64,000 nt of DNA from Epiperipatus broadwayi. Its lineage: Eukaryota > Animalia > Onychophora. Positions within the stretch are counted from its first letter, which is position 1; each line of letters opens with the position of its first letter. A model generated the notes under the pieces. That model worked only from the letters and a program-made list of their open reading frames with translations, searched no databases and was not told the DNA's origin. The DNA lies in the NCBI GenBank assembly GCA_028023455.1, contig JAQFVV010000009.1, forward strand, positions 12,772,001 through 12,836,000, given 5' to 3'. The translations under genes and the position numbers were made by a program. Below are positions 39,701-52,424 of this stretch, in pieces.

Positions 39701-42700
39701 TATATGAAAAGAGATTAATAGTGGATAATTACAGTTTGAATCAGAGCAAAAATACAGTGAAAGCAGACTGAAATGCTGTAATTATAAGAATATTGGAAAA
39801 AAAAAAATAAATTGATAAAGTTCATTTCTTTTTTGCCTTTTCAAAATCATAAATAGGTTTACAAACAATATTAAAAATACATAAAAGAAAGTTTTCAGTG
39901 GGTTTGAAAAAAGTTTAGAAAGATCTTTCTCAGCAATTTATTACGAAACTGATTATGTAATTGGCATTGACAAAACTCCCATATTTTATGAAGTAAGCTG
40001 TTGTAAAATGAATTATAGACAACAACAAAAAAAAGGCTGAAATTTTTATTATATAGATATAAAATCTTCTTAACTAAAAAATTGTTGAACCATGTTTTTA
40101 AAAATAATCATAAATAATATATTTCTTATTTCAATGTCCATACATAAATCTTTATATGATATTACAAAATTAAATAAACATTTTGCTAATAAATGGTAAT
40201 AATGATCACATAATTAATACATTTGACAATTTGTCATGTAATCTCTTCTTTGTTTTCTAGATAATTCCTATTCAAAAAATTATCAACCAATCAAAAAATT
40301 TTCTTAAAAAGTTTCTTTGATGAGATCTATTATGAAATAGCTGATTCTTTTATTCTTTTTAAAAAATTAAATTGGGTATCTGAATTCCTGAGAAAAATCT
40401 TTCTCTTCTCCCTTCCCCTTCCTCTAAGATGTTAACCATACTTGTTGGTAAAATGTTAGGAAAATTTAAGAGACTATGGATCTCATCATGGAAATCAATT
40501 AAATTTAAATGAAAAGCATTCAAAAAATGATTGAATTTTTATTATATTTCAGTTTACTGATTTTTCAGTGAAACTCTTCATTAACAGTATCATTAATTGT
40601 CAAGTATCGATGGTTGAGATTTGCTTCCCAGCAGATGCTATGTCACATGAGAAAAAAAACAACAGTATCATTAATTTTACACCCCTTCCCCATTGCACAT
40701 ATATTAAGAAAGGCAAATTAAGTATATAAATTGATATCCAAAACATTACTGTTTGTATTTGTTTGTGGTATAATAGTTATAATTTGAGCCAAGTAAAATT
40801 TGGAAATTTTTCATGCCAAAAGAAAAAAAACTTTTTTTAAAATAGCTGACTTAACCAAATCAACAAGCCATTAGCCAACTAATATTAATCAATAAATCAG
40901 TGTCTAGCTATTATTAACCAGAGAGAAAAAAATACCAGATAAATCTAGGTTAGTTACATAAATACCTACACAACTGACTATGTAAAATATATAAAAAGTA
41001 TAACTTTAACACAATGTGATCTTCAGCCACTGGTGGGGTTTTCAAATTCTTATGGGTGCCTACTCTATATCTTGTATTTTTATAGAATATAAGCAATAAA
41101 TTAATGAAATTATATACATTTTTGAAAGAATATTAGGTAATACAAAAATTAAACAAAGGTATTTGCTGAATCACTGTAATGAATAAGAAGGTCATAGACT
41201 GATGGTTGAAAAATTTACGGAAACTAGAAATAATGTTTAAATATATATCTGTCTACTTAAATATTTTATGAAGTGCTCATCATGCTTCATAGAAACTTAG
41301 TTGCAAATATAACTGATAGTATTGAAAGTGCTCAATTGAATGATTTCCAAAATAACAATTCTAAAAAGCAAGTTAAGAATATGACAAGCAATGACAAAAT
41401 GATCATGTTATCATTTGGTCATAATACTCTATAATTTAATTGTCCAACTTGTCTTTGGATCAAACACTTAATATATATTGTTATGACTATCTTGTATATT
41501 CTTCAATATTACTCACATTCAAAAAAGGCAAATGATTTTATTCATTTGTTTGAAGAATAATTTTGAGCACTAAATTTACTTGTGAAAAATAATGCCATAT
41601 GTGATTAGAGTTTGTAATTATATATGTAATGATCTTTAAGTGAATATAAATTTTATACTTGAACTTATATTAATAGAGATAATCAAAAATCAGTAATTCA
41701 TCATTAAGGTTTATACAAGAATATTACTCTTGTAGATTAAATCGTAGTAAAATATAATTTGTCTAATTATTAATGATGATAATTTACCATTTGTTGAGAG
41801 ATGATGTTTTAGAGAATGTGATCTAATGTATATAATATTTTATAAAAAATTATAATATAAGCAAGCAAACATTATACAATTTTCATTATCAATATTATGC
41901 ATTTTTTCAAAAAAAAAATTAGATTTTTAAATTTCAAAGAAATTTTTTCATACATGTTTTAATAACTTTCAGGAAATATCAAGACAAATAATTAAAATAT
42001 CTTTTTTTAATATTAAACATTTGATAAAAAATAGCAGCTGATACTGTGTCTGCCATTTTGTCTAGTGGTTGACGGGAAGACTAAATTTAATGAGAAAATT
42101 GACTTAGGAAATGAAGAGAATGGTGTATCTTGGCAACTAGCAGGAAATGTAGACAGTTTGGCTTTGCTGACTTTGATAGTATGTCAAGGCTCAGAAGTTG
42201 GGAGCATTTAAAACATTGAGTGATACAAATAAGAAAACATTGATTACTAACATTAAAAAAATTACTTTTTTTAAAACTCTAAAATAAAACAACAGATTGT
42301 AATTATTTTCAATCAGATCATTTGTAGACATAATTAATTTAATCCAGTAATTCTAAATTATTAAATTGTATTTATAAATTAAACCAAAGACAACAAATTT
42401 TAAATATCAATTGGAAAGTGATTTTTTTTTTAAAAATGTAAGGATAAAGAAAGAGAAATTAGCAATAATAAACTTAGAAATAAAATGTTTTATAATTTAA
42501 AATACTAACATAATGTTTAATAAAAAAATTGAATTAAAAAAAATTGGGATAGAAAAGAAAAGAAGTTTAAAGTAATTTGAAAATTTTTTTAAATAAAAAA
42601 AATCATTACTAAAGAATAAAGACTATTATAATATATAAATATGCTGTGCATTTAATTAAAATATAATTTGATGATTAACAGTGTAAATAAAACTCAGTAA

Positions 42701-44325
42701 TTAATAAAAGTAAAATAGTTGTCAGTATCAAATATATATATATATTTAAATTTTTAATATCTTATATTTGTATATATTATGTCACAAGCAGTTTGCCAAC
42801 TTACTCAGAGCGCGAAAAAAAGACTCTTTCCAATATTTCTATATAAACTGCTATTATTATAAGCTGTCCTTTTTTATTATAAAGTCTCAGGATTTTGTAA
42901 TTAAAAACAATGCAGAGATTTTCTACTTTTAATTCTCTCTTTGTACTATTTTCATCTTACTTTAAACTCCTTTATTCTTACAATGAAATCCTTAAGGACA
43001 AAGTTGATTAATTATAAATAATAATATATTTAAATATGCATTTTTCCCTAAGAGTTTTATTATTAATAATTTTTATTCTATTGTTCAGAATTATGCATTT
43101 TTAATTTTAACAACTGAATATAATATTCATTTATATATAATAATTATTTTCAAGAGAAGGATATAATGCATATGTGTTTATGTATTTTTCAATATATATA
43201 TAACTAGAACAGAATGATGTATTTCTAATTTAACTAATAAATATTATTATGTTGATATAAGAAAAGGCAAGATAAAACTGATTTGATATTAAAGGTCACC
43301 TGCTGATATCTGTGTTCCTGGCTAAAATACTATAAATTTATGAGATAGTTATTGTTTTTCTTTATGCAATGATATAAGTGCCTAACTGTTTATTCATTTT
43401 CATGCTTGTATATGGGTTTATTAATAAACTTTATTAACAAGTATTATTATTGACATTAGCAATAATTGTTATATATTTGTCCAAGTAAAAAAAGGAACTG
43501 GTATTCTCTCCAAGCTGCCTAAAAAGTCCTCTCTGGATCAGTGTATGCATTGTATATATAAAGGATAATAAATATATATTTTAAGGATTCTTTAAAATAA
43601 TTTTTAATATTGTTTAAAGTAATTTATAAAGCACTTAATAAAAGCCAGCTGTAAAATATTATAAGTCAACATTTTTTCGAATATAAATGTGATGCTACCA
43701 CTTCTGTTTATTTTTATTTATTTGTTGCTTAAATTGAACTAAATACCATAAAGCAAAAATCCATAGTTTATATATATATAAAGGATAGATAGATAATAAA
43801 TAAATAAAGTACACAGAAAAAAATTTTTTTTTTCAATACGGTAGAAAATAATGGGAGCCCATCTCTCACACTTATTTTTATTTCAAATATTTAGCTTAGC
43901 TTATTAATATATTAGTATTTTAGTTAATTACTGGAGGTTAACACATTTAAAAAATCAGGTAAATTCCAATGCCATTTTAAAATTGTGTTAATTAATATAT
44001 ATTTAAAATTTATTTTATCATGTGAGAATATATTTAAAGAGAAACAATAAAAGTTTATCAAATTCAGTAGTAGTTCTCTTTGCAGTATTGATGGTATTTT
44101 AAAATTTATTTTTTCAACTGACATCCTAAAAGTTTATCAATTTCACAGTGAAAGTTTATCAAATTCATCTAAATTGTCAATATTCAAATGAGGAATTAAA
44201 TATGTTATACACAAATACAATTTAATTTATGTAATATTCAATTACAATTTAATTAAAAATATATTTATAAAATCATAATTTACCTTGCTTTAACAAAAAC
44301 CATACTTAATTTTTTTTTCCCCAAC

Positions 44326-45630
44326 ATGTGATGTGATGTGATGTATTTTGGCTTCTCCTTAAACGAAGTCAAGAATATCTCAGCAATTATGCCCAGATAA
44401 ACCTGTTAGCCATTTTATTCTCCATTCCCCACTCTCAAGTCTCCCCATATTCTGCCCCATCCCATTTCCACAACATAATCTTTGTCAACTCTATGGCCTT
44501 TATATCTAAACCCCCCCTTATCTCTTCGAAAACCCAACATAAAAACTAATAACTCACTTTCTGTATAGTCACTTTGTTCATGTCTATTTCCCCATAACTT
44601 CATTATCTGTACCCTTTCTGCTTTCAAGCATTTACATTCAATCAACAGGTGCCTAATATTTTCTATACCTTCCTTACACAATTTGCACACTAAATTATCC
44701 ATGGTTTTTCATTTACATGTATATTCTCTTGTTGCTAAAGATCCCGTTCGAGCCTTAAATAATAAACTACTTTCCTTACTATTATCATAAATTAACTCGC
44801 ATGCAATATTCTGTTTACTTCTATATATATTTAAACTCTTCTTACCCTCCATACTAGTTCTCCATCTCTCCAACTCCCTATTTTTTATTAATGCTTCTAT
44901 TCTTTTATCCCATTCCTTACCACTATAACACTCAACAATCCTCCAACACAATCATCCCATCTTTTATACAAGTATATTGATATAAATTCTTTATCCAAAT
45001 CTTTCGCATACCGCATTACCTTTCTCACCCAACTTGTTGCCTGACCTTTATTCATAACCCAATTGAACACTATTTTTGCTATTCTTTTACTATCCATAAA
45101 CTGCAACCTACCAAACATTTTCATTTTACTTTTTGCATCTCTCATATAAAAACTTGACCATCCCATTTCTCTTTGAATTGCCTCCTTTGCTGTCCACATC
45201 TCTGCATCTAATGCATGTCTTCCTACTTCCCTTTGTACTTTCTCTAAATAATCTAAAACTCTTTTACTAACCCATAATGCATCATTACCATATGTTAACC
45301 CTGCTACTGCAACTCCCTTCCATACTATTCTAGCTACATCATATTTATTATATGAAAATACTGTTAGTTTCTTTACCAAACCCTTTCTTTTCTTTGCTTC
45401 ATTTACCAAGTTTTTCTCCCATTCATCCAAGCAATTTTCCTGATTACATAAGATGATTCCCAAATACCTATATCTATCCACCACACTTAACTTTATATCC
45501 CCCAATAAAAATTCTACATCTTCTCTTTCCCCAGTATTTACCATCATTATATTTGATTTTTCTTCACTAAATTTAATCCCCATCTCTTTACCCACCCTTG
45601 CACATGTCCTCAACATAATTTCCATATCTT
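44326..45630 (-). mobile_element. RTE-X-like LINE 3' copy A (5'-truncated, 1.3 kb) with (ACATC)n tail
   Basis: ORFs 44897-45625, 44709-44951 and 44415-44702 (CKLCKEGIENIRHLLIEC); tail atgtgatgtgatgtgatgt at 44326-44344. Confidence 0.92.
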
Positions 45631-48141
45631 ATGTGATGTGATGTATTATGGCTTCTCCTTAAACGAAGTCAAGAATATCTCAGCAATTATGCCCAGATAA
45701 ACCTGTTAGCCACTTTATTTTACATTCCCCATTCTAAATTTACCCATAATCTGCTCTATCCCATTTCCACAACATAATTTTTGTCAACTCTATAACCTTT
45801 ATATCTAAATCCCCCTTATCTTTCCCCAAACCCAGCATAAAAACCAATAATTCACTTTCTGTATAATCACTCTTTTTATATTTATTTTTCCACAACTTCA
45901 TTATATGTACCCTTTCTGTTTTCAAACATTTACATTCAATTAACAAATGCCTAATATTTTCAATTCCTTCCTTACATAATTTATAAAATAAATCAGCCAT
46001 ATTTTTCCATTTAAATGTATATTCTTTTGTAGCTAAAGATCTCGTTCGAGCCTTAAACAATAAACTACTTTCCTTACTATTATTATATATTAACTCACAC
46101 CTAATATTCTGTTTATTTCTATATATATATTTAAAATTCTTTTTACTCTCCATACTATTTCTCCATCTCTCTAACTCCCTAGTCTTTATTAATAAATTTA
46201 TTCTTTTATCCCATTCCTTACTACTATAACACTCAATAATCCTCTTAACACAATCATCCCATCTTTTGTACAAATATACGGATATAAATTCTTTATCCAA
46301 ATCTTTTGCATACCACATTACCTTTCTCACCCATCTTGTTATCTGCCCTTTACTCATAACCCAATTAAATACTATTTTAGCTATTCTTTTATTATCCATA
46401 AACTGCAATCTACCAAACATTTTCATTTTACTTTTTGCATCTCTCATATGAAAACTTGACCATCCCAATTCTCCTTGAATTGCCTCCCTTGCTGTCCATA
46501 CTTCTGCATCCAATGCATGTCTTCCTACTTCCCTTTGAGCTTTTTCTAAATAATCTAATATCTTTTTACTAACATATAATGCATCATTACCATATGTTAA
46601 CCCTGCTACTGCAACTCCTTTCCATATAATTCTAGCTACATCATATTTATTATATAAAAATACTGTTAATTTCTTTATCAATCCCTTTCTTTTCTTTGCT
46701 TCATTTATCAAATTTTTTCTCCCATTCATCCAAATAATTTTTCTCTGATTACTTAAAATAATTCCCAAATAACTATATCTATTCACCACACTTAACTTAA
46801 TATCTCCCAATAAAAATTCTACATCTTCTCTTTCCTCAGTATTAGCCATCATTATATTTGATTTTTCTTCACTAAATTTAACCCCCATCTCTTTACCCAC
46901 CCTTGCACATGTCCTCAACATAACTTCCATATCTTCTCTTTTTTCTGCACACAAAAATATATCATCCACAAAAAAAAGACCTGACAAAATATATACTCCC
47001 TTACTACCTATTAACGGTATTTCTATCCCTCTTCCTAATCTTTCTATTGCTCTTTCCATTTCACTCAAATACAACACAAACAAAATAGGTGACATAGGGC
47101 ATCCTTGCCTTAGTCCCACACCATTTTTAACTTTAATTGATTCTATATTCTCTAATTGATATATATAATAATTATTTTCATATAATTTCTTAATAATATC
47201 TATTAAAGCTTCATCCATTCCCAAATTTGCTAAACTTATCCATAATCTATTTCTATTTATTCTATCATATGCCTTCTCTATATCTATAAAACTCATATAT
47301 AACTGTTTACCTGCATTCCTACTCATATCCATAAGTTGTGTAACTACAAATAAACTATCTCCTATATGCCTATCTAATCTAAAACCTCCTTGCATTTCCC
47401 CCACTACATTATTCCCTTCCATCCATTTTACAACTTTATTAGCCACCATATACGAGAAAACTTTATATAAAACTGATGTTACCGCTATCGGTCTATAATT
47501 ATTCAACTTTCTATGATCCTTACCCTTTCCTTTAAATAATAGAATAACCTTACTCTTGTATTACTCCAACTACTTGGGAAAACTCTATTCTGTGCCATTT
47601 TATTAAAACAGGATAATAACTTTATTTTTGCCCTATATCCTAAATTCATTACCATCTCTGCTGCCCATCCATCTAAACCTCTTGCCTTCCCACTTTTCAA
47701 TTTCTTCTCTACCTCATTTAGTTCATTTTCTGAAAAGCTAATATTCCCATTACTATATTCTTTCATATTTTCTAACATTCTATCATTCACATCTAACATC
47801 TTTTCTATATTCATTACATAACTATTTAAGATTCTCTCTAAATCTTCTCTAGAACTACACTCGGTTCCCTCATCATCTACTAATACTAACTCTCTCTCCC
47901 CTAAATTTCTCCTTTTAATATAATTCCAAAATTTTTTACTCCCATCTCTTCCACTTTTATTAATATCCTCCAACAATTTACTATTCAATTTCATTCTCTC
48001 TCTATAAATATCTATTTTAGCCAATTTCTTCTTTTCTAAGTACTTTTCCCATTTAGCATTAATATCTTTTTCACTTTCCTTATTCTTAATAGCACACTTA
48101 TATTCTCTACATGCTTTTTTCCTTTTTTTTACACTTTTACT
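45631..48141 (-). mobile_element. RTE-X-like LINE copy B (5'-truncated, 2.5 kb) with RT domain and (ACATC)n tail
   Basis: ORFs 47503-48024 and 45740-47506; tail at 45631-45644 abuts the 5' end of copy A directly. Confidence 0.93.
45740..47506 (-). CDS. Non-LTR reverse transcriptase (ORF2 fragment, 588 aa)
   Basis: RT motifs NYRPIAV, QGGFR, FIDIEKAYD, GLRQGCPMSPILF, FFVDD and YSYLGI; C-terminal zinc knuckle partly decayed. Confidence 0.92.
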   Translation of the reverse strand: MNNYRPIAVTSVLYKVFSYMVANKVVKWMEGNNVVGEMQGGFRLDRHIGDSLFVVTQLMDMSRNAGKQLYMSFIDIEKAYDRINRNRLWISLANLGMDEALIDIIKKLYENNYYIYQLENIESIKVKNGVGLRQGCPMSPILFVLYLSEMERAIERLGRGIEIPLIGSKGVYILSGLFFVDDIFLCAEKREDMEVMLRTCARVGKEMGVKFSEEKSNIMMANTEEREDVEFLLGDIKLSVVNRYSYLGIILSNQRKIIWMNGRKNLINEAKKRKGLIKKLTVFLYNKYDVARIIWKGVAVAGLTYGNDALYVSKKILDYLEKAQREVGRHALDAEVWTAREAIQGELGWSSFHMRDAKSKMKMFGRLQFMDNKRIAKIVFNWVMSKGQITRWVRKVMWYAKDLDKEFISVYLYKRWDDCVKRIIECYSSKEWDKRINLLIKTRELERWRNSMESKKNFKYIYRNKQNIRCELIYNNSKESSLLFKARTRSLATKEYTFKWKNMADLFYKLCKEGIENIRHLLIECKCLKTERVHIMKLWKNKYKKSDYTESELLVFMLGLGKDKGDLDIKVIELTKIMLWKWDRADYG

Positions 48142-49289
48142 AATTTTAATTTTAATTGTAATCTTTTAATTAGTGCTGCCCTCTTTTTGTGTTTTTATGG
48201 CATCATTCAAAAACAGTTATAATACAGGTTTTCCATGCATTTTTATATTGCAAATTACAATTTTTTAAAAAACAATCAAGTATGATGAAGCATAAACTTA
48301 TAAGCTAGTAAAATTCTACTCAAAAAGAGAAAGAAAATCATACAAAATTAATTAAGCTTGCAATATTTATTGAATTATAAAGTCATAAATAAACATAGAT
48401 AATTGTAACTAAGCTTAGCAAGTGCATTCAAAGAGTTATGTTTTCATTTCTTTTCTTTTATACTATTTATTTTAGATCATGTGTAATGGATTAAATTAAT
48501 ACAAAGACCATTAATTTTGTTAAATATTAATTTCATTAAACAAATATTGATTTTCAATACTTTTTCTAAATTTACTAAGCTTAAAAATTCTTAAGGGAAA
48601 CTCATTGGGTATTATTATAAAATTAGCAGTTTCTTCAAATTAAAAATGACTTGGATCAAAAATCAATAATAGACAATTATAAGCAACTAGTAAATAGTGA
48701 AGTTATTATTATTAGGTGCAAACAAGTCAGTGTCAAATCCTGACAATTATTGGATTGACATTTCTCCAGTTTAAACTAACATTCATAAGTTTTTCAGTCT
48801 TTCTAATGCACAAATAAATAAATAATCAAATGGTTTTATTGCGTGAGCATTCATAAGATCAATTGCCAGAAGAGACAGGGCTGAATGCAAACCGTAGGTT
48901 TTAAATTCCAGGGTTTGTCACTCTATTACTGCATCAAAGCCTACAGGACATACATACCCCTAAATATGATGATCTAGTTTATCCATGTTATTGGTGATTA
49001 CCTTCTACTTTCAATATTAATTTTTCCAAACATTATATATTTTTTAAAATAAAGTGGATCATCTCATAATATGTCAAAATAAAATAATTATCAATCAGAT
49101 TATTTTTTTTTGGATGTAAAAAGTTCGAATGTAATCTAATTACTCATTTTTCATGTTAAGTTGTGAAATTGTCATCACTATAATTCAAAAGCATTGCCAC
49201 TTTTTCTTTTCTTTTTCGATATCCAACATTTTCCTACTCATAGTCATGAATAATTCTGATATTCACTTTTAAAAAAAACATCTTACACC

Positions 49290-49470
49290 TGAAGACATTT
49301 ATCACGCTTTTTATTGTAACTTAGTCCAGTGATTTCTAAATGAAGTTGTTGATTAATGATCCAAAAAGGCAGAAATTATGGACTTCTATGTCTTTATTAT
49401 CAAGTTTAAAGTCAGCAGCTATGCTTATTGTGTTGTTTTTGGGCCCTTCATATTTATCTATAAGACACAT
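49290..49470 (-). mobile_element. Decayed RTE LINE fragment
   Basis: Minus frame 'DFKLDNKDIEVHNFCLFGSLINN' resembles the RTE post-RT 'IEVV.DF.LLGS.IN' motif. Confidence 0.5.
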
Positions 49471-49589
49471 TTTCACTATACCTTTAAGAAAAATTAATTT
49501 TAATCAAATTATAAAACAATATTTTAATCAAATTATAAAACAATAAACAATGAAAAATCTATATGAAGAGACTCATGACAAAGTAGTTT

Positions 49590-49880
49590 GTGCATCTGCT
49601 TATAATATCCACAACATATTGTTTAAGTTTCAGGATCATTCCAATTTTTTAAAGTCATAAATGAGTTCAGAAATTTTCTTACAGATAGTAAACCTGTAGC
49701 TAATCAAGCTAATAATAGAATATAGTACAGTAAGTGAGTATTTAGCTAATATTAGCTAGAAGATAAAGATGCCATATTAACCAGGATTTTAAGCAGATGA
49801 ATGTTAATGCACTGATTACAAAAACAGAAGAAATGACTTAAATATAAAGTAATTTTCATCACCAATAGTGGGCATACCAG
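49590..49880 (-). mobile_element. Decayed Penelope-like RT fragment
   Basis: Shares blocks tttagctaa.attagctag, agcagatgaatgttaatg and catcaccaatagtgg with 53235-53345. Confidence 0.55.
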
Positions 49881-50864
49881 ATGTCTGAGATGCTGAGCCC
49901 ACAAAGTATCTTTTTACCTGTATATAATTTTTAATATGGATAAGTAAATTGACATAAAAAGACAATTACAACAACTTTCCTAAATATATTATAGACAATG
50001 TTTATTAAATGCATAGAAGCAGATTTGCCACGTAACACCACTTAAGTACTATGCTAATCAATATATTTAATTTATTTTGTGAATTGTGTTACTACAGGAC
50101 TAGTACATGATGCTCAGAACCTTTCTGTAAGTTAATTCTGAGTGCATTTAATAACAACAAAAATATTGAAAAAAAATGTATTGCATGTTATAGTGCAAAG
50201 TGAATAGATTATTAGAAAAAAATATGAATGAAATTTTATTTAAAATAAATTTATTTACAAAATTTGTATTTTTCTTGATTTCATCTAATTCAACAAATTT
50301 TTCATTTGCAATAGCTAATCAAGAAAAAAATCTTTTGCCAATTAATTATGTCTTAAATTTTTTAATGATGATAATAAAATTTAAAAAAAATATTTTTTTT
50401 TGTTATTAAGATCATAAATTGATTCATAAAAATAAATATTCTTAAGTGCACATAAATGAACTTTAACATGCTGTGCAAATAATGGACATAATTTCTAATA
50501 TGAGAAGTTTTATTAATTTGCATTTAAAGAATGGTAGACTATAATAAACTATACTTAATGATAATATAGTATCTGTCTTCAAATAGGAAGGTAAGAATAT
50601 TTAAAATTTTCTTGAGGTCAAATTCTGACTAAAAATGAAGACTGTAATAAGTTTGTATAAATGTGTTTGTAAGTTTTGAAGATACTACATGAGGATGAAT
50701 ATAAAAAGTATAGATAAAATGAAAAATGACGAATGATAATTATAATATATATATACTTTTAAATGTGGGGGATTTGAACTCAGACTTTAAAGCACCTTAC
50801 AACTATCCACACTATCTCATATCATTGCTACACATGATCATACACATGAAAAATGATCAATAAT

Positions 50865-50910
50865 CACCAATATATGTATTTCATGCTGAACCAGCCCTCA
50901 TCAGTTGGTG
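50865..50910 (-). ncRNA. Minimal type I hammerhead ribozyme (best-preserved copy)
   Basis: CACCAA CTGATGA GGGCTG GTT CAGCAT GAAA TACATA TA TTGGTG: 6-bp stem I, intact core, stem II 5/6, UA cleavage site, short stem III. Confidence 0.8.
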
Positions 50911-51631
50911 CAGATTATCATCTCTCACACATACATATAATCAGTGCTCAGTTTATATTAAGATAGCAAATCTTCATACTTTAATGGATAGGCTTCACTC
51001 TACTTCAACCTCCAACTCTTCAGCCATCCATACCATTGAAAAATCTGATGATGGAAAGCCCAAATCCCATGCTGATGCCAATATTGTTGTCTTGCCCATG
51101 TTGTTGTCCTCATGTCATTTTCACCCCTCATGTACAGGATCATATCAATTTAAATACATAGAAGAGGGATGCAGGCTTAATGTTTAATATTTGAAATACA
51201 GGCACTCTTCATACACCTGTAGCCTAATTGTAAATATAGGGGATTTGAATTCAGACTTTCAAGTGTCTTACAACTATCCACACTATCTCATATTACTGAT
51301 ACACATGATCACACACATGTAGAAAAGATCAATAATCACCAATATACATATTTCATGCATGGTCCTGTACATGAGGGGTCAGAGTGACTTGAGGTCAACA
51401 TGGGCATGACCTGTACATGAGTGGTCAAGTGACTTGGGGTCAACATGGGCATGACACAATATTGGCATCAGCATGGGATTTGGGCTTTCCATCATCAGAT
51501 TTTCAATGGTATAAATGGTTGAAGAGTTGGAGTTTGAAGTAGATTGAAGCCTGTCCATTAAAGTATGAAGATTTGCCATCTTAATATAAACAGAGTACTG
51601 GTTATATATGTGTGTGAGAAATGATAATCTG

Positions 51632-51677
51632 GACCAACTGATGAGTGTTGGTTCAGCATGAAATATGTATATCAGTG
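51632..51677 (+). ncRNA. Minimal type I hammerhead motif (stem I decayed)
   Basis: GACCAA CTGATGA GTGTTG GTT CAGCAT GAAA TATGTA TA TCAGTG. Confidence 0.6.
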
Positions 51678-52273
51678 ATTATTGATCTTTTATACATGTG
51701 TAATCATGTGTATCAGAGATATAAAATAGTGTTGATAGTTGAAGAGTGCTTGAAAGTCTAAGTTCAAATCCTCTATATTTACAATTAGGTTCCAGGTATA
51801 TGAAGAGTGTCTGTATTTCAAATATATAATTTTAAAACAATCTTGATTAAAAAAAATAAACTGCTTATTGCTTACAAAAATCTTTATAATTTATAAAAAT
51901 GCACCTTTTCAAGATGAAAAGTAGAAATTATTTATTTATTTCTTATAACTTATAAATACTAAAAATATAAAAATAGTAAAATGATAGTGTAAAAAATAAA
52001 ACAAAATTACTTGCTTTAAATAAAACATTTGAAGAAAATTCATATTAAGAAAGTTGCTGATAAAGAGTCTTGCAGGTAGTGGTAGCATAACCTACAAATT
52101 GAGTCTAGGTGTTTTCGAGGTTTGTGATAATGGTGTTCTAGTTGTATTTTTATGCTGGATTATTTCCATAATCTAATACGTGTATTGAATGTCTTCAGAA
52201 AAATTTAACTTTATGTAAATATTCCAAATACATTCAACTGTTAGTAATAGCACATCAAACAGGTTAATATATG

Positions 52274-52316
52274 CACAATGTTTCGATGGGTATTATTCTC
52301 CCCTCTTCTTCAGGTG
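52274..52316 (-). ncRNA. Penelope-type minimal hammerhead ribozyme
   Basis: CAC CTGAAGA A GAGGGG AGAATAATA CCCATC GAAA CA TT GTG: 3-bp stem I, stem II 5/6, stem III A-CA-T (probably CpG-decayed ACGT). Confidence 0.65.
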
Positions 52317-52346
52317 TTGCTGGCCTGACCAGTGACAGTACAGCAT

Positions 52347-52424
52347 GGGTTTTGAACCTGGGTTCTTAGATTCTTGATTATTGAATTTTTAAGGTAACAC
52401 TCTAACCAACTGAGCCATCCTGCC
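52347..52424 (-). promoter_or_regulatory. tRNA-like Pol III module (A box TGGCTCAGTTGG, B box GGTTCAAAACCC) in the PLE 3' region
   Basis: Near-consensus A and B boxes; decayed homologues at the same relative position in the PLE fragments at ~11150-11215 and ~56680-56760. Confidence 0.7.

Larger units (their letters stand above)
50765..51830. mobile_element. Hammerhead-bearing retrozyme-like array: two tandem minus-strand monomers (~471-bp period) plus an inverted monomer
   Basis: caccaa hammerhead arm at 50865 and 51337; gatttgaa B-box anchor at 50771 and 51242; inverted copy 51363-51830 with a short internal duplication. Confidence 0.88.

Noticed and set aside
42035-42211. 59-codon open frame (VVDGKTKFNEKIDLGNEENGVSWQLAG...)
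   Set aside because: No recognisable family, weak splice sites, and the antisense frame is also open; not supportable.
50984-51579. Paired ORFs 50984-51187 and 51379-51579 as a small peptide gene family
   Set aside because: They are the same antisense frame in the two inverted arms of the hammerhead repeat and are not open in the 21.4-22.1 kb copies.
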